In this document: positions 32,960 to 41,934 of the stretch, piece by piece
How the letters are laid out: every line of letters starts with the position of its first letter
Position numbering within the stretch: position 1 is the first letter of the stretch
Source of the DNA: Gammaproteobacteria bacterium
GTDB taxonomy: Bacteria > Pseudomonadota > Gammaproteobacteria > Eutrophobiales > Eutrophobiaceae
NCBI GenBank assembly: GCA_963422205.2
Contig: CAXMWX010000011.1
Span: forward strand, 64,001 to 128,000
Length of the DNA: 64,000 bases
Reading direction: 5' to 3'
Translations under genes and position numbers: made by a program
Notes under the pieces: generated by a model
Databases searched by the model: none
What the model saw: only the letters and a program-made list of their open reading frames with translations
What the model was told of the DNA's origin: nothing

Positions 32960-34417
32960 TTACGCTCGGCCGAAATCATCATCGAAACGCACGATATCAT
33001 CCTCGCCCAAATAACCGCCTATCTGCACCTCAATGACTTCCAAATCCTGTTTGGCGTTATTGGCCAGGCGATGTTTGGTGCCGACCTCAATATAAATCGA
33101 TTCATTCACGCCCAATTCATGCACCTCATCGCCACACGTGACCGTAGCATGGCCCTTCACGATGACCCAATGCTCTGTGCGCTGGTGGTGCAGTTGCAGT
33201 GAGATTTTTTTCCCCGGCTTCACCAGCAGGCGTTTGACCTGATAGCCGGGCGCCGATTGTATGGATTCATAACCGCCCCAGGGACGATGCGTAAAAGCGC
33301 TGCTGCGTAACTCCTCACGATTTTGCTGCTGCAGGATACCGATCAGGTGCGTCATCTGCTGTGAGCCCCGTCGATCCATCACCATAACCGCATCTGCGGT
33401 TTCTATCACCGCCAGATTATCACAGCCAAGCGCCGCCACCAGGCGGGACTCCGCCTGTACCAGCGTATTACTGCACCCATGCAACACCACATCGCCAGCC
33501 ATGACATTCTTGTTCTCATCACATCGAGCCGGATCACCCTGGCCCTGTGACCATACGGCATCCCAGGAACCGACATCAGACCAGGCAACATCGGCAGGGA
33601 TCACATACGCTGATATCGCCTGTAGTTCTTGCAGACGTTCCAGCACCGCATAATCCACCGAATCGGCTGGGCATTTTTCAAATTCATCGTTATCAAGATG
33701 GTAGAAAACACCCTCGGCCCTGCCACCCGTCCAGGCCGCCTGGCATGCAGCAGATATGTCCGGCGCCAGTTGCCGTACAGACTCCCGCCAGAGAGAAGTA
33801 CGCAACATAAACATACCGCTATTCCAAAGATAATCCCTTGTCGCACAATAGCGCTCTGCTGTTTGCTGGTCAGGCTTCTCCGCAAAACGTTCAATCAGAA
33901 ACACATCAACACCGCCAGCAGACGGGGCTTTTCTCTGGCCTTTTTTAATGTAGCCATAGGCCGTATTCGCCGCCGTCGGCCTGATGCCAAAGGTCACAAT
34001 GTGCCCGGCCTCAGCATACGCCATGCCAGCGGCCAGGGTCTGTTCGAATTTTTCAACATCAGCGATGCTGTGATCGGCGGGCAGCATCAGCAGGACAGTA
34101 TCTTTCTCTTGCGCCAATGCAGCGAGGGTCAAGGCCGGGGCCGTGTTACGCCCCACCGGTTCCAGGATAATCGACTGAACAGCCTCGTCAATGGCCGCCG
34201 CCTGTTCCTGCACAACAAAGCGATGTACCTCATTACAGACCAGCAGGGTCGGCAACACATCAAGCCGCTCATGCAGGCCACGTATTCTCAGCAGGGTAGC
34301 CTGCAACAGAGAATGCTCGCCAAACAAGCGCAAAAACTGCTTGGGATAATGCTGCCTTGATAACGGCCACAGACGTGTACCTGAACCACCAGCCAGAATA
34401 ACGGGGCATAGCTTCAT
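32960..34417 (-). CDS. manC: Mannose-1-phosphate guanylyltransferase / mannose-6-phosphate isomerase
   Basis: VILAGGSGTRLWPLSR..PKQF, EPVGRNTAPA, WNSGMF, WSDVGSW, cupin RPWG...SLQLHHQRTEHW. Confidence 0.93.
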   Translation of the reverse strand: MKLCPVILAGGSGTRLWPLSRQHYPKQFLRLFGEHSLLQATLLRIRGLHERLDVLPTLLVCNEVHRFVVQEQAAAIDEAVQSIILEPVGRNTAPALTLAALAQEKDTVLLMLPADHSIADVEKFEQTLAAGMAYAEAGHIVTFGIRPTAANTAYGYIKKGQRKAPSAGGVDVFLIERFAEKPDQQTAERYCATRDYLWNSGMFMLRTSLWRESVRQLAPDISAACQAAWTGGRAEGVFYHLDNDEFEKCPADSVDYAVLERLQELQAISAYVIPADVAWSDVGSWDAVWSQGQGDPARCDENKNVMAGDVVLHGCSNTLVQAESRLVAALGCDNLAVIETADAVMVMDRRGSQQMTHLIGILQQQNREELRSSAFTHRPWGGYESIQSAPGYQVKRLLVKPGKKISLQLHHQRTEHWVIVKGHATVTCGDEVHELGVNESIYIEVGTKHRLANNAKQDLEVIEVQIGGYLGEDDIVRFDDDFGRA

Positions 34418-34574
34418 CGTGTTCTCAGATTGGTCATATCATGCTATGCCAGTTTAGAGGATAAGGCATATCTAACTTAACTAAGGCAACATCAGCGCTG
34501 CGCCTCATTTTTCAACAATACTTCTGGCATCTGTCAGGTCGGTTACTATAGACTATTATTTTCCCCATTCAACC

Positions 34575-35531
34575 TTGAGATCAGTGACCACTGGCTTTAT
34601 CTACAGCGACAGTTTTCTGGCACACGACACCGGCAGTGGCCATCCAGAGTGCCCGGCGCGCTTGCAGGCGGTGATGTCGTATTTATCCGCACAGCCGCTA
34701 TACCAGAAACTGCGATCATACGATGTACGCCCGGCGGATCTGGCCTTGATACACAGCAACCACGACAGCGATTATATCGGCCGTGCCAGGCAGACCTGCC
34801 TGGCAGGTGCGCCCTTTCTGGACTGCATGGATGTCGCCGTTTCTCAGCAATCCTATGACATTGCCCTGCTGGCGACTGGCGCCGCGCTGACCCTGGCCGA
34901 CCGCATGATGACCGGAGAGATCAGTAACGGCTTCGCCCTGGTGCGCCCGCCAGGCCACCATGCCGAGCGTAACCAGGCGCTGGGGTTTTGCCTGTTCAAC
35001 AATGTCGCCATCCTGGCCCGGTATCTGCAGGCTGAGTATGCGCTGGAGAAGATCGCCATCATCGATTGGGATGTGCATCATGGCAATGGCACACAGCATG
35101 CCTTCGAATCCGACCCGTCGGTGTTGTACATCAGTACGCATCAATACCCCTATTATCCCGGCACGGGCGCTTACTCGGAGACGGGCATCGGCCAGGGCCG
35201 GGGCGCCACGCTGAACTGCCCCATGCCGGCTGGCAGCGGCGATGCCGATTATGAACGCGCCTTCACCGAACAGATACTGCCGACCATCAGCCGCTTCCGG
35301 CCGGAGTGTCTGCTCATCTCGGCGGGTTTTGATGCCCACAAAGATGATCCGCTCGGTCAAATTGAATTGAGCACGCCGTTCTTTGGCTGGATGACCCGGC
35401 GCCTGCTGGAGGTGGCCGATCAGCATTGCCAGGGACGGATGATCTCTGTGCTGGAAGGCGGCTATGATCTGACCGCCCTGCCGCTGTGTGTTGTCAAGCA
35501 CCTGCAAGTGATGGCCGGTGCGCCCGCATGA
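34575..35531 (+). CDS. Zn-dependent histone deacetylase-family (class II-like) amidohydrolase
   Basis: HPECPARL, RPPGHHA, GFCLFNN, DWDVHHGNGTQ, SAGFDAH..DPL, LEGGY. Confidence 0.93.
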   Translation: MRSVTTGFIYSDSFLAHDTGSGHPECPARLQAVMSYLSAQPLYQKLRSYDVRPADLALIHSNHDSDYIGRARQTCLAGAPFLDCMDVAVSQQSYDIALLATGAALTLADRMMTGEISNGFALVRPPGHHAERNQALGFCLFNNVAILARYLQAEYALEKIAIIDWDVHHGNGTQHAFESDPSVLYISTHQYPYYPGTGAYSETGIGQGRGATLNCPMPAGSGDADYERAFTEQILPTISRFRPECLLISAGFDAHKDDPLGQIELSTPFFGWMTRRLLEVADQHCQGRMISVLEGGYDLTALPLCVVKHLQVMAGAPA

Positions 35532-36913
35532 TACAGGTGGCGCTGAAGGCCCTGGGTTGCCGACTGAACGAGGCCGAGCTGGAAGCCTGGGCGCAGCAAT
35601 TCAAACACTACGGCTATGGCATAACCGGCGATGTTGCACAGGCGGATCTGCTGGTGATCAACACCTGCGCCGTCACCCGGGAAGCGGTAAAAAAATCGCG
35701 GCAGCTCATCAGACGAAGCCAACGCCGCAACCCCAACGCCAGGCTGGTGGTCAGCGGCTGTTATGCCAGCCTTGCCCGCACGGCTGACGATAGGCCGCCG
35801 CTTGCCCCTGCCAGCGACCTGGCAGGCATCGATCTGCTGATCCCCAATCAGGATAAAGAGACGCTGGTGGCGCATGTACATCGGCAACTGGGCGCACGGC
35901 TCAAACCGCCGCCTGCCGGTGAAGCTGATACCAGAACCCATGCCGATGCCGATGCCCCTGCCGACGACCAGACTCAACACAGGCGTAACCGCGCCTTTAT
36001 CAAGGTGCAGGATGGCTGTCGTTATCAATGCACTTTCTGCATCGTCACCGTTGCCCGCGGCGATGAGCGCAGCAAGCCCGTCAGGCAGGTGGTTGATGAG
36101 ATCAATGCAGCGCAGGCACAAGGCATCAAAGAGATCGTACTGACCGGTGTGCATATTGGCGGTTACGGCAGCGATGCGGACACCAGCCTGGTTACACTCA
36201 TCCAGACCATCATCAAAGAGACGGATATCCCCCGCATACGCCTAGGCTCGGTTGAGCCGTGGAATTTGGGTGAGGACTTCCTGGCCCTGTTTACCCACGC
36301 CAGGATGATGCCGCATCTGCACCTGCCCATGCAGAGCGGTGCAGATACTGTGCTGAGACGCATGGCCAGGCGCTGTAAAACCGCTGCGTTTATCGACTGG
36401 CTGGTCGTGGCCAGAGAGCAGGTTCAGGACCTGAATATCACCACGGATATGATCGTCGGTTTCCCCGGTGAGACTGACAGCGAATGGCAGCAAACCCTGG
36501 CCTTCGTGCGGGCTTGTCGGTTCTCCCATATCCATATCTTCCCCTACTCGGCAAGACCGGGTACGTACGCCGCTTCGCTGCCCGGGCAGGTGGACGCCGC
36601 CACCAAAAAACAGCGCTGTCGGGCGCTGCGATCACTCGCCGAGGCGATGAAGCTGGCGTATATGCAAACCTTCATCGGCCGGGAATGTGAGGTATTGATC
36701 GAACATGCCCGGGATGTGCATGACGGCGAGGCGGCATATTCAGGGTACGCACCGAACTACCTCAGAGTCGCCATCCCGGCACAACAAGGCAAGCCATACA
36801 TCAACCGCATCGTACCCGTGCAAATAACCGGCTACAGCCAGGCACAACAACGATTGCAAGGCCAACTGCGGCCTCATCGCCCCGGCCCGAGGAGATCGCC
36901 AGCGAGATCATAA
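35528..36913 (+). CDS. mtaB: Radical SAM tRNA methylthiotransferase, MtaB-like
   Basis: LGCRLN, INTCAVT, VSGC, KVQDGCRYQCTFC, HIFPYSARPGT, GYAPNY. ATGA overlap with the HDAC gene. Confidence 0.8.
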   Translation: MIQVALKALGCRLNEAELEAWAQQFKHYGYGITGDVAQADLLVINTCAVTREAVKKSRQLIRRSQRRNPNARLVVSGCYASLARTADDRPPLAPASDLAGIDLLIPNQDKETLVAHVHRQLGARLKPPPAGEADTRTHADADAPADDQTQHRRNRAFIKVQDGCRYQCTFCIVTVARGDERSKPVRQVVDEINAAQAQGIKEIVLTGVHIGGYGSDADTSLVTLIQTIIKETDIPRIRLGSVEPWNLGEDFLALFTHARMMPHLHLPMQSGADTVLRRMARRCKTAAFIDWLVVAREQVQDLNITTDMIVGFPGETDSEWQQTLAFVRACRFSHIHIFPYSARPGTYAASLPGQVDAATKKQRCRALRSLAEAMKLAYMQTFIGRECEVLIEHARDVHDGEAAYSGYAPNYLRVAIPAQQGKPYINRIVPVQITGYSQAQQRLQGQLRPHRPGPRRSPARS

Positions 36914-37146
36914 GCATGGCAGGCTCAATCAGGCAAGCCAGCGTGCGCGGTGACATACAGGAACAGCTCGCTTGACCTTCAGGGCGTGCATGGCGCAATC
37001 CACCAATACTGCCGGGATGCTGCCGACCTCTCCGGGCGGTGGCATCGGCCTGTTTGCCCAGTGGGCAATGCCTTATTTAACCGCCCATCATAGTCATCAC
37101 GATATAAGCAAGTCATCCACATAACCGCCCGTGGCCCCAGGCGCCC

Positions 37147-37578
37147 TCACTTTATCTGTGTACCTTGCAGAGACTGTCGGATACCTGCAATCGCAGCGAG
37201 GCTGTAATTGACACGCTGGTATTCACGTTCGATCGCCGCCAGGTCATGAAATGCCCCCAGCATGGGCGGATTTTTCAGCACGGCATGCGCCTCTGCCATC
37301 GCATGACTCATCTCTCTTGCCCGTACTGGTGGCAGCTTCACACCCCATAACTCGGCTTTTAATTGACCTAGCTGTCTGCGTAACTCGCCCCTGGCCTGCT
37401 TGAGAAGGTCATAGTGTTGCCGCATCTCAGTGACACGCTGTTCAGCAACATAGGGGTCAACAGGTGCAGCTTGCGCTGGTTCACTGACCGGTCGGCTTGC
37501 CACTGGCGCCCTGTTCATGAAGACAAAAACAGCGAGCACGATGATGAGCGCCAGGGAAAAAAGAAGAAAGATTTTCAT
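37147..37578 (-). CDS. Hypothetical membrane-anchored helical/coiled-coil protein
   Basis: 143-aa ORF with N-terminal hydrophobic helix followed by amphipathic helices; no family recognised. Confidence 0.65.
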   Translation of the reverse strand: MKIFLLFSLALIIVLAVFVFMNRAPVASRPVSEPAQAAPVDPYVAEQRVTEMRQHYDLLKQARGELRRQLGQLKAELWGVKLPPVRAREMSHAMAEAHAVLKNPPMLGAFHDLAAIEREYQRVNYSLAAIAGIRQSLQGTQIK

Positions 37579-37654
37579 GGATTGGGCTTGATGCGGCCTG
37601 GTACAGCAGACGATTCATAGAAATCATCAGTATATTCAGAAAATAAAATTTATT

Positions 37655-37667
37655 TATCAATATGTTA
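37655..37667 (+). promoter_or_regulatory. Candidate IHF binding site in AT-rich intergenic region
   Basis: TATCAATATGTTA fits WATCAANNNNTTR and is preceded by an A/T tract. Confidence 0.4.
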
Positions 37668-37897
37668 TATTAATTTTCACAGAATTAATATGTAAAGTTA
37701 AATATCATAAACATTATTTAAAATACTATTATTTAAAGATTTTTCTTGATCTAACTCGTAATTTATTCTACAACTGTTTCTCTGTATTTTCCCCGTACAG
37801 TTTGGATAATTTAATGATAACTCAACGATTTAAGAGATTTAGTAAAAAAATATCTCAACACAGGACGACATGTCTTCACCTGAGTGCATTGTACAAC

Positions 37898-38332
37898 ATG
37901 CCGATCACCGACCAGCAGACCGGTTTTATTTATCATCCCCACGGTTTTCCGTTGGAATACAAACGCATCTGGTTTGCCTGGCGACAGCAAACCCAGGATC
38001 CATCCGAGACCAGCGATATGGGCTTGATCTTCCGCGCTGAGAAATATTTTCGCCCCGGCGCTACCCTGGAGTTGACCATTCCATTGCATAACGAAACCGA
38101 AAAATTTCGCGGTAAAGTCGTCATGGTACGCAACATGGGCGAGCATTTCGAGATTGGCCTGTGGTTACAACGCCGGGCCGATGCCAGCCGCGTGCGTATT
38201 GTCGAGCAAATCTGCCATATTGAGGTCTACCTGAAAGAGAAGAAATACCGCGAGGGGCCCTATGCCCTCAATCGTGACAGGGCGGCCGCTGAGTGGATCA
38301 CCAAATACGCCAGCACTGTGCCCTCGCTGTAG
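37898..38332 (+). CDS. PilZ-domain protein with degenerate c-di-GMP motifs
   Basis: FIYHP..PLEY, ETSDMGL, PGATLELTIP, GKVV, FEIGL, then the RIVEQICHIE.Y...AAAEWI.KYA tail typical of standalone gammaproteobacterial PilZ proteins. Confidence 0.75.
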   Translation: MPITDQQTGFIYHPHGFPLEYKRIWFAWRQQTQDPSETSDMGLIFRAEKYFRPGATLELTIPLHNETEKFRGKVVMVRNMGEHFEIGLWLQRRADASRVRIVEQICHIEVYLKEKKYREGPYALNRDRAAAEWITKYASTVPSL

Positions 38333-38353
38333 ATGATCGCTGGTCTCGCCAGA

Positions 38354-38989
38354 CTACGGCACACAGCGAACACCGGTACCGCCCAGACCACAATAGCCAT
38401 CAGGATTCCTGGCCAGGTATTGCTGATGATAATCCTCAGCATAATAGAACGCACCGGCGGGCAGGATCTCGGTGCTGATTGCGCCATAACCTGCCGCTGA
38501 CAGGGCCTGCTGATACCGCGCTCGGCTGGCCTCGGCGGCCTGATGCTGCTGCTCGGAATAGACATAAATACCGGAGCGATACTGCGTGCCGCAATCATTG
38601 CCCTGACGCATGCCCTGGGTCGGATCATGGGCTTCCCAGAAGACCGTCAGCAACTCATCAAAACCCAGCTGTTCAGGTTGAAAGACCACCAGCACCACTT
38701 CGTTATGCCCGGTTCTGCCCGTGCATACCTCTTCATAGCTTGGGTTCGGCGTGTAACCGGCACTGTAACCCACAGCGGTGGTATACACCCCCGGTAACTG
38801 CCAGAATTTACGCTCAGCCCCCCAGAAACATCCCAGACCGAAGATGATCTGCTGCATGATCCCGGGGAAAGGCGGCGTCAGCGGATGACCGTTGACATAG
38901 TGCCGGGCAGGCACTGGCAGGGGCTGTTCACGCCCGGGCAGGGCTTGAGATAAGGATGGCATCTCAGTTCTCCGGAAAAGCAACGACAT
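38354..38989 (-). CDS. msrA: Peptide methionine sulfoxide reductase A (cytoplasmic type)
   Basis: [50 protein letters not shown]. Alternative start at 39001. Confidence 0.95.
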   Translation of the reverse strand: MSLLFRRTEMPSLSQALPGREQPLPVPARHYVNGHPLTPPFPGIMQQIIFGLGCFWGAERKFWQLPGVYTTAVGYSAGYTPNPSYEEVCTGRTGHNEVVLVVFQPEQLGFDELLTVFWEAHDPTQGMRQGNDCGTQYRSGIYVYSEQQHQAAEASRARYQQALSAAGYGAISTEILPAGAFYYAEDYHQQYLARNPDGYCGLGGTGVRCVP

Positions 38990-39134
38990 ATCATCTCCCA
39001 TCGCAACGCAGGCGAGCTTGTCCCCACCCGGCGCTGTCTTTAACGAAACTATTATACAGGAACGCTATCAAAGACGATAACAAACCCATACCATCCACCT
39101 GCCAGGCCACAGATAGACCAGGGACAGCGCCACC

Positions 39135-39782
39135 ATGAAGACGGCAAAATCCATCATCAGCACCCTCTCTGTGCTGGCGGTCATCAGCATACTCTGGCTT
39201 GAGCAGATGCCAACAGCCCACGCCGAGAAAGACCCGACCACACCGAACTCGTATGCCAGGGCGGTTTTCGCTGGCGGCTGTTTCTGGTGTATGGAACCGC
39301 CTTATGATGCACTTGATGGGGTCATCAGCACCATCTCAGGCTATACCGGCGGGCGGGTTAAAAACCCAAGCTACAAACAGGTCTCCTCCGGGACTACCGG
39401 CCATATTGAAGCGATTGAAGTCACCTATGATTCCAGCCAGGTAGATTATGAGACCCTACTGGATGTGTTCTGGCACAATGTGGATCCCACCCGTGATGAT
39501 GGTCAGTTTTGCGATCAGGGCGCACATTACCGGCCGGCTATCTTCTTCAAAGATGCGCTGCAAAAACAGCTGATTGACGAATCATGGCAGCGGATAGAAG
39601 CCACCAAACCTTTCCCTGAGGCGCTCAAAGTGGACATTTTGCCGGAGACAGTCTTCTATCCGGCTGAGGAGTACCATCAGGATTATTATCAAAAGAACCC
39701 CATCCGCTATAAATTCTATCGTTATTCCTGCGGGCGGGATCAACGGCTGGAACAACTCTGGGGCAAACAACGCAAGCAATAA
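39135..39782 (+). CDS. msrA: Peptide methionine sulfoxide reductase A (exported type)
   Basis: Signal peptide ending AHA, FAGGCFWCME, GQFCDQG, AEEYHQDYY, YSCGRD. Confidence 0.92.
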   Translation: MKTAKSIISTLSVLAVISILWLEQMPTAHAEKDPTTPNSYARAVFAGGCFWCMEPPYDALDGVISTISGYTGGRVKNPSYKQVSSGTTGHIEAIEVTYDSSQVDYETLLDVFWHNVDPTRDDGQFCDQGAHYRPAIFFKDALQKQLIDESWQRIEATKPFPEALKVDILPETVFYPAEEYHQDYYQKNPIRYKFYRYSCGRDQRLEQLWGKQRKQ

Positions 39783-39887
39783 GATCAACCCCGGCAAGGC
39801 GACAGCGCTCATCGTGGCAGATAAAACATACGGCTTCGATTTGGACAGAGTGCCTTTGATTGGCTTTCCTAAAAGTGCCTTTAAGAG

Positions 39888-40385
39888 TCAACGGCGTTCA
39901 TGCAGCTGCTTGAACAAGCTAGATTCACGCTTGAAGAAGCCTTCCGTGTGAAAAGAATCCGCCAGTTTTAACACTTCATAATCCAGGTGGTGACACAGCT
40001 CGTGCAGCAAGGTGCGAAAAAACGTCCTGTAGGCCACCACCTGCCGGTTTCTGGCGGTACGCATCCAGACGGTGATACACGCCAGCCGGCCCTGCTCGAC
40101 CGGCTCATACAGACCATGCAACTCCCCACCGCCATCAGACGGCCTGACGCTCAAGACCTGCACCGTCAATGCAGGCGCATTTAACTCGACTGCCAGTCGA
40201 TTGATGAGGGTATGCGCCCGGGTTTGGATAGCCGGTTGATTCTCCTTGGCAAGGCTCGTCTGTAATTGCCGAATCATGTCACGATACTGTGTCGGCTCAC
40301 GAACCGGCACCCGCTGCACACGGTCACTGGCACGATAAACCGCCTGCTCACGCTTGCTCAACTGGTAGTAATAATCAAATACCAT
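39888..40385 (-). CDS. Hypothetical HExxH zincin-like protein (SprT/YgjP-like)
   Basis: TLLHELCHHLD followed by SFHTEGFF; LHGLY strand upstream. Confidence 0.65.
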   Translation of the reverse strand: MVFDYYYQLSKREQAVYRASDRVQRVPVREPTQYRDMIRQLQTSLAKENQPAIQTRAHTLINRLAVELNAPALTVQVLSVRPSDGGGELHGLYEPVEQGRLACITVWMRTARNRQVVAYRTFFRTLLHELCHHLDYEVLKLADSFHTEGFFKRESSLFKQLHERR

Positions 40386-40492
40386 AAGCCAAACATCCAC
40401 CAGTATCAGCGCCCGTTTCAGACTCAGCCTGGTTTTTATTCAGGCCAAGGCGCTTGTCACCTTGCCAGCCTGCTAAAGACGGCGGCTAAAAA

Positions 40493-41005
40493 CTACTGTT
40501 GCAGAAGCCGGTTGATGGTCGTCCTGACGGCAGCCTCTGCCTCGGTATCCTTGATGCCACTGGCACGTACATATTGAATCTGGTGTTGATCATCAACCAC
40601 CATCAGGCCGGGCGTGCCCTTTACGTCATACGCCTCGGCAACATCATCGGCATCCATCAGCAAGGTCAGCGTGAAGTCGCCATCCTGCATGTATTGTACG
40701 GAGTCCCCCTCTTCCCATACATTCAAGGCATAGAAATCCACGGGTTGGCCTTTGAACTCATCCACCAGCGTCTGGAGATGCGGCAGCAGTTTCCGGCAGT
40801 ACGGACACCAGGTAGCCCAGAACATCAGCACGGCTATGCGGTCCTGGCTGTTTTGGTAAAAGTTGACCTGTTTGCCATTTTTATCCATCAGCGTCCAGTC
40901 TGGTGCTATCTCCGCTGCCTGTGCGGATACGGACACCATGACCGCCAGAGCGGCTGCCGCGACGACCTGCTGTGTCAGTTTGACCATACTCTTCAGTGTT
41001 TTCAT
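40493..41005 (-). CDS. TlpA/DsbE-family exported thiol-disulfide oxidoreductase
   Basis: Signal peptide ending AQA, APDWTL, FWATWCPYC, cis-Pro motif GTP. Confidence 0.9.
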   Translation of the reverse strand: MKTLKSMVKLTQQVVAAAALAVMVSVSAQAAEIAPDWTLMDKNGKQVNFYQNSQDRIAVLMFWATWCPYCRKLLPHLQTLVDEFKGQPVDFYALNVWEEGDSVQYMQDGDFTLTLLMDADDVAEAYDVKGTPGLMVVDDQHQIQYVRASGIKDTEAEAAVRTTINRLLQQ

Positions 41006-41046
41006 TGTCGTTACCATCCGTTAAGTTAAGCTGCCTGAATGCAGGT

Positions 41047-41073
41047 TTCGACACCCCACCCGGGATAAGGTTC
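41047..41073 (-). promoter_or_regulatory. Candidate sigmaE (RpoE/AlgU-type) promoter of the TlpA gene
   Basis: Minus strand GAACCT-16 nt-TCGAA, about 40 nt before the start codon; consensus GAACTT-N16/17-TCnnA. Confidence 0.45.
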
Positions 41074-41387
41074 GATACACAGGCAGTCACCCTGTCGGCC
41101 TGTTTCGCTGTCCCAAATCGCTGTTAAGTACACCGAAGTTCGCTGCCTCTACAGCAAGAGCTAAGCTGGCCGGCTTGTCCGGCTGCACGAGTGCAAACAG
41201 CGTCAACGAGCGGCCAGGATGCTCATCAATACATACCCCTGCCCATGAATGAGGGACTGTTTGCCGTATTCAAGGCAGGCCAGGTACATATTTTCAGCAT
41301 GATTCTGGCGGCAATCGGTACGTATACCAGTCTTATCTGATTGTTTTTATTGGATTTTTAAATTATTTAAAAAATAATACAAAAATA

Positions 41388-41430
41388 TGTTGCATCGCAC
41401 AATTTCATGGTTTATGATGCGGCGCAACAA
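41388..41430 (+). promoter_or_regulatory. Phasin sigma70 promoter overlapped by two PhaR-type boxes
   Basis: TTGCAT (41390-95), 17 nt, TATGAT (41413-18). TGC-N3-GCA boxes at 41391-41399 and 41418-41426; AT-rich upstream tract. Confidence 0.75.
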
Positions 41431-41455
41431 TTAACCCAACATCGGAGAAGCAAAG

Positions 41456-41770
41456 ATGAATGCCACAGTAGAAAAATACTTGGAGCCTGTTCAGCAATTA
41501 AATGCACTGGCTATCACCAACATTGAAAAGCTGGTCAAGCAGCAGGTCAAATTCTTAAATGAGACCAGCGAGATCGGCCTCGGCCAACTGAGAAGTGCGA
41601 CCGAAATCAAAGATATAGAAGGTCTGCAAAGCTACATTCAAGGGCAGGCTGAAGCGGCCAAGACCATGAGTGAGCGTCTGCTGGCAGAGAGCAAATATAT
41701 CACTGAACTCGGCACAGAATACAGTAACGAGGTACAGAAAATCTTCAAAGAGGCTGCCGCCACGAAGTAA
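41456..41770 (+). CDS. phaP: Phasin (PHA granule-associated protein)
   Basis: 104-aa helical protein (LNALAITNIEKL..QQ, IKDIEGLQSY), GGAG RBS, PhaR-type boxes upstream, phaC nearby. Confidence 0.8.
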   Translation: MNATVEKYLEPVQQLNALAITNIEKLVKQQVKFLNETSEIGLGQLRSATEIKDIEGLQSYIQGQAEAAKTMSERLLAESKYITELGTEYSNEVQKIFKEAAATK

Positions 41771-41830
41771 GGTTTTACCTCACCCCCCATCCGTCACTCC
41801 TCCTCATCTGCAAGTCGACGGAATGTACTG

Positions 41831-41855
41831 AGCCGCCCGCCTGGGCGGCTTTTTT
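41831..41855 (+). terminator. Rho-independent terminator after phasin
   Basis: AGCCGCCC-gcct-GGGCGGCT followed by a T run. Confidence 0.9.
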
Positions 41856-41934
41856 ATGCAACTCAACCCGCCAGCACAGCCTGGCACCGGATCGTGGCAG
41901 GGATGCACCCGGCAAACAAACACGGCATGGCAAC

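Noticed and set aside
37782-37800. LexA box (CTGT...ACAG)
   Set aside because: Spacer is 11 nt, not the required 8.
37100-37860. Replication origin in the AT-rich region
   Set aside because: Only isolated one-mismatch DnaA-box-like 9-mers (37113, 37801) far apart; no box cluster and no dnaA/gidA context.
41031-41086. tRNA fragment or attachment site (GGTTCGA motif within CTGCCTG...CAGGCAG)
   Set aside because: No cloverleaf or CCA end; better explained as a minus-strand sigmaE-type promoter.
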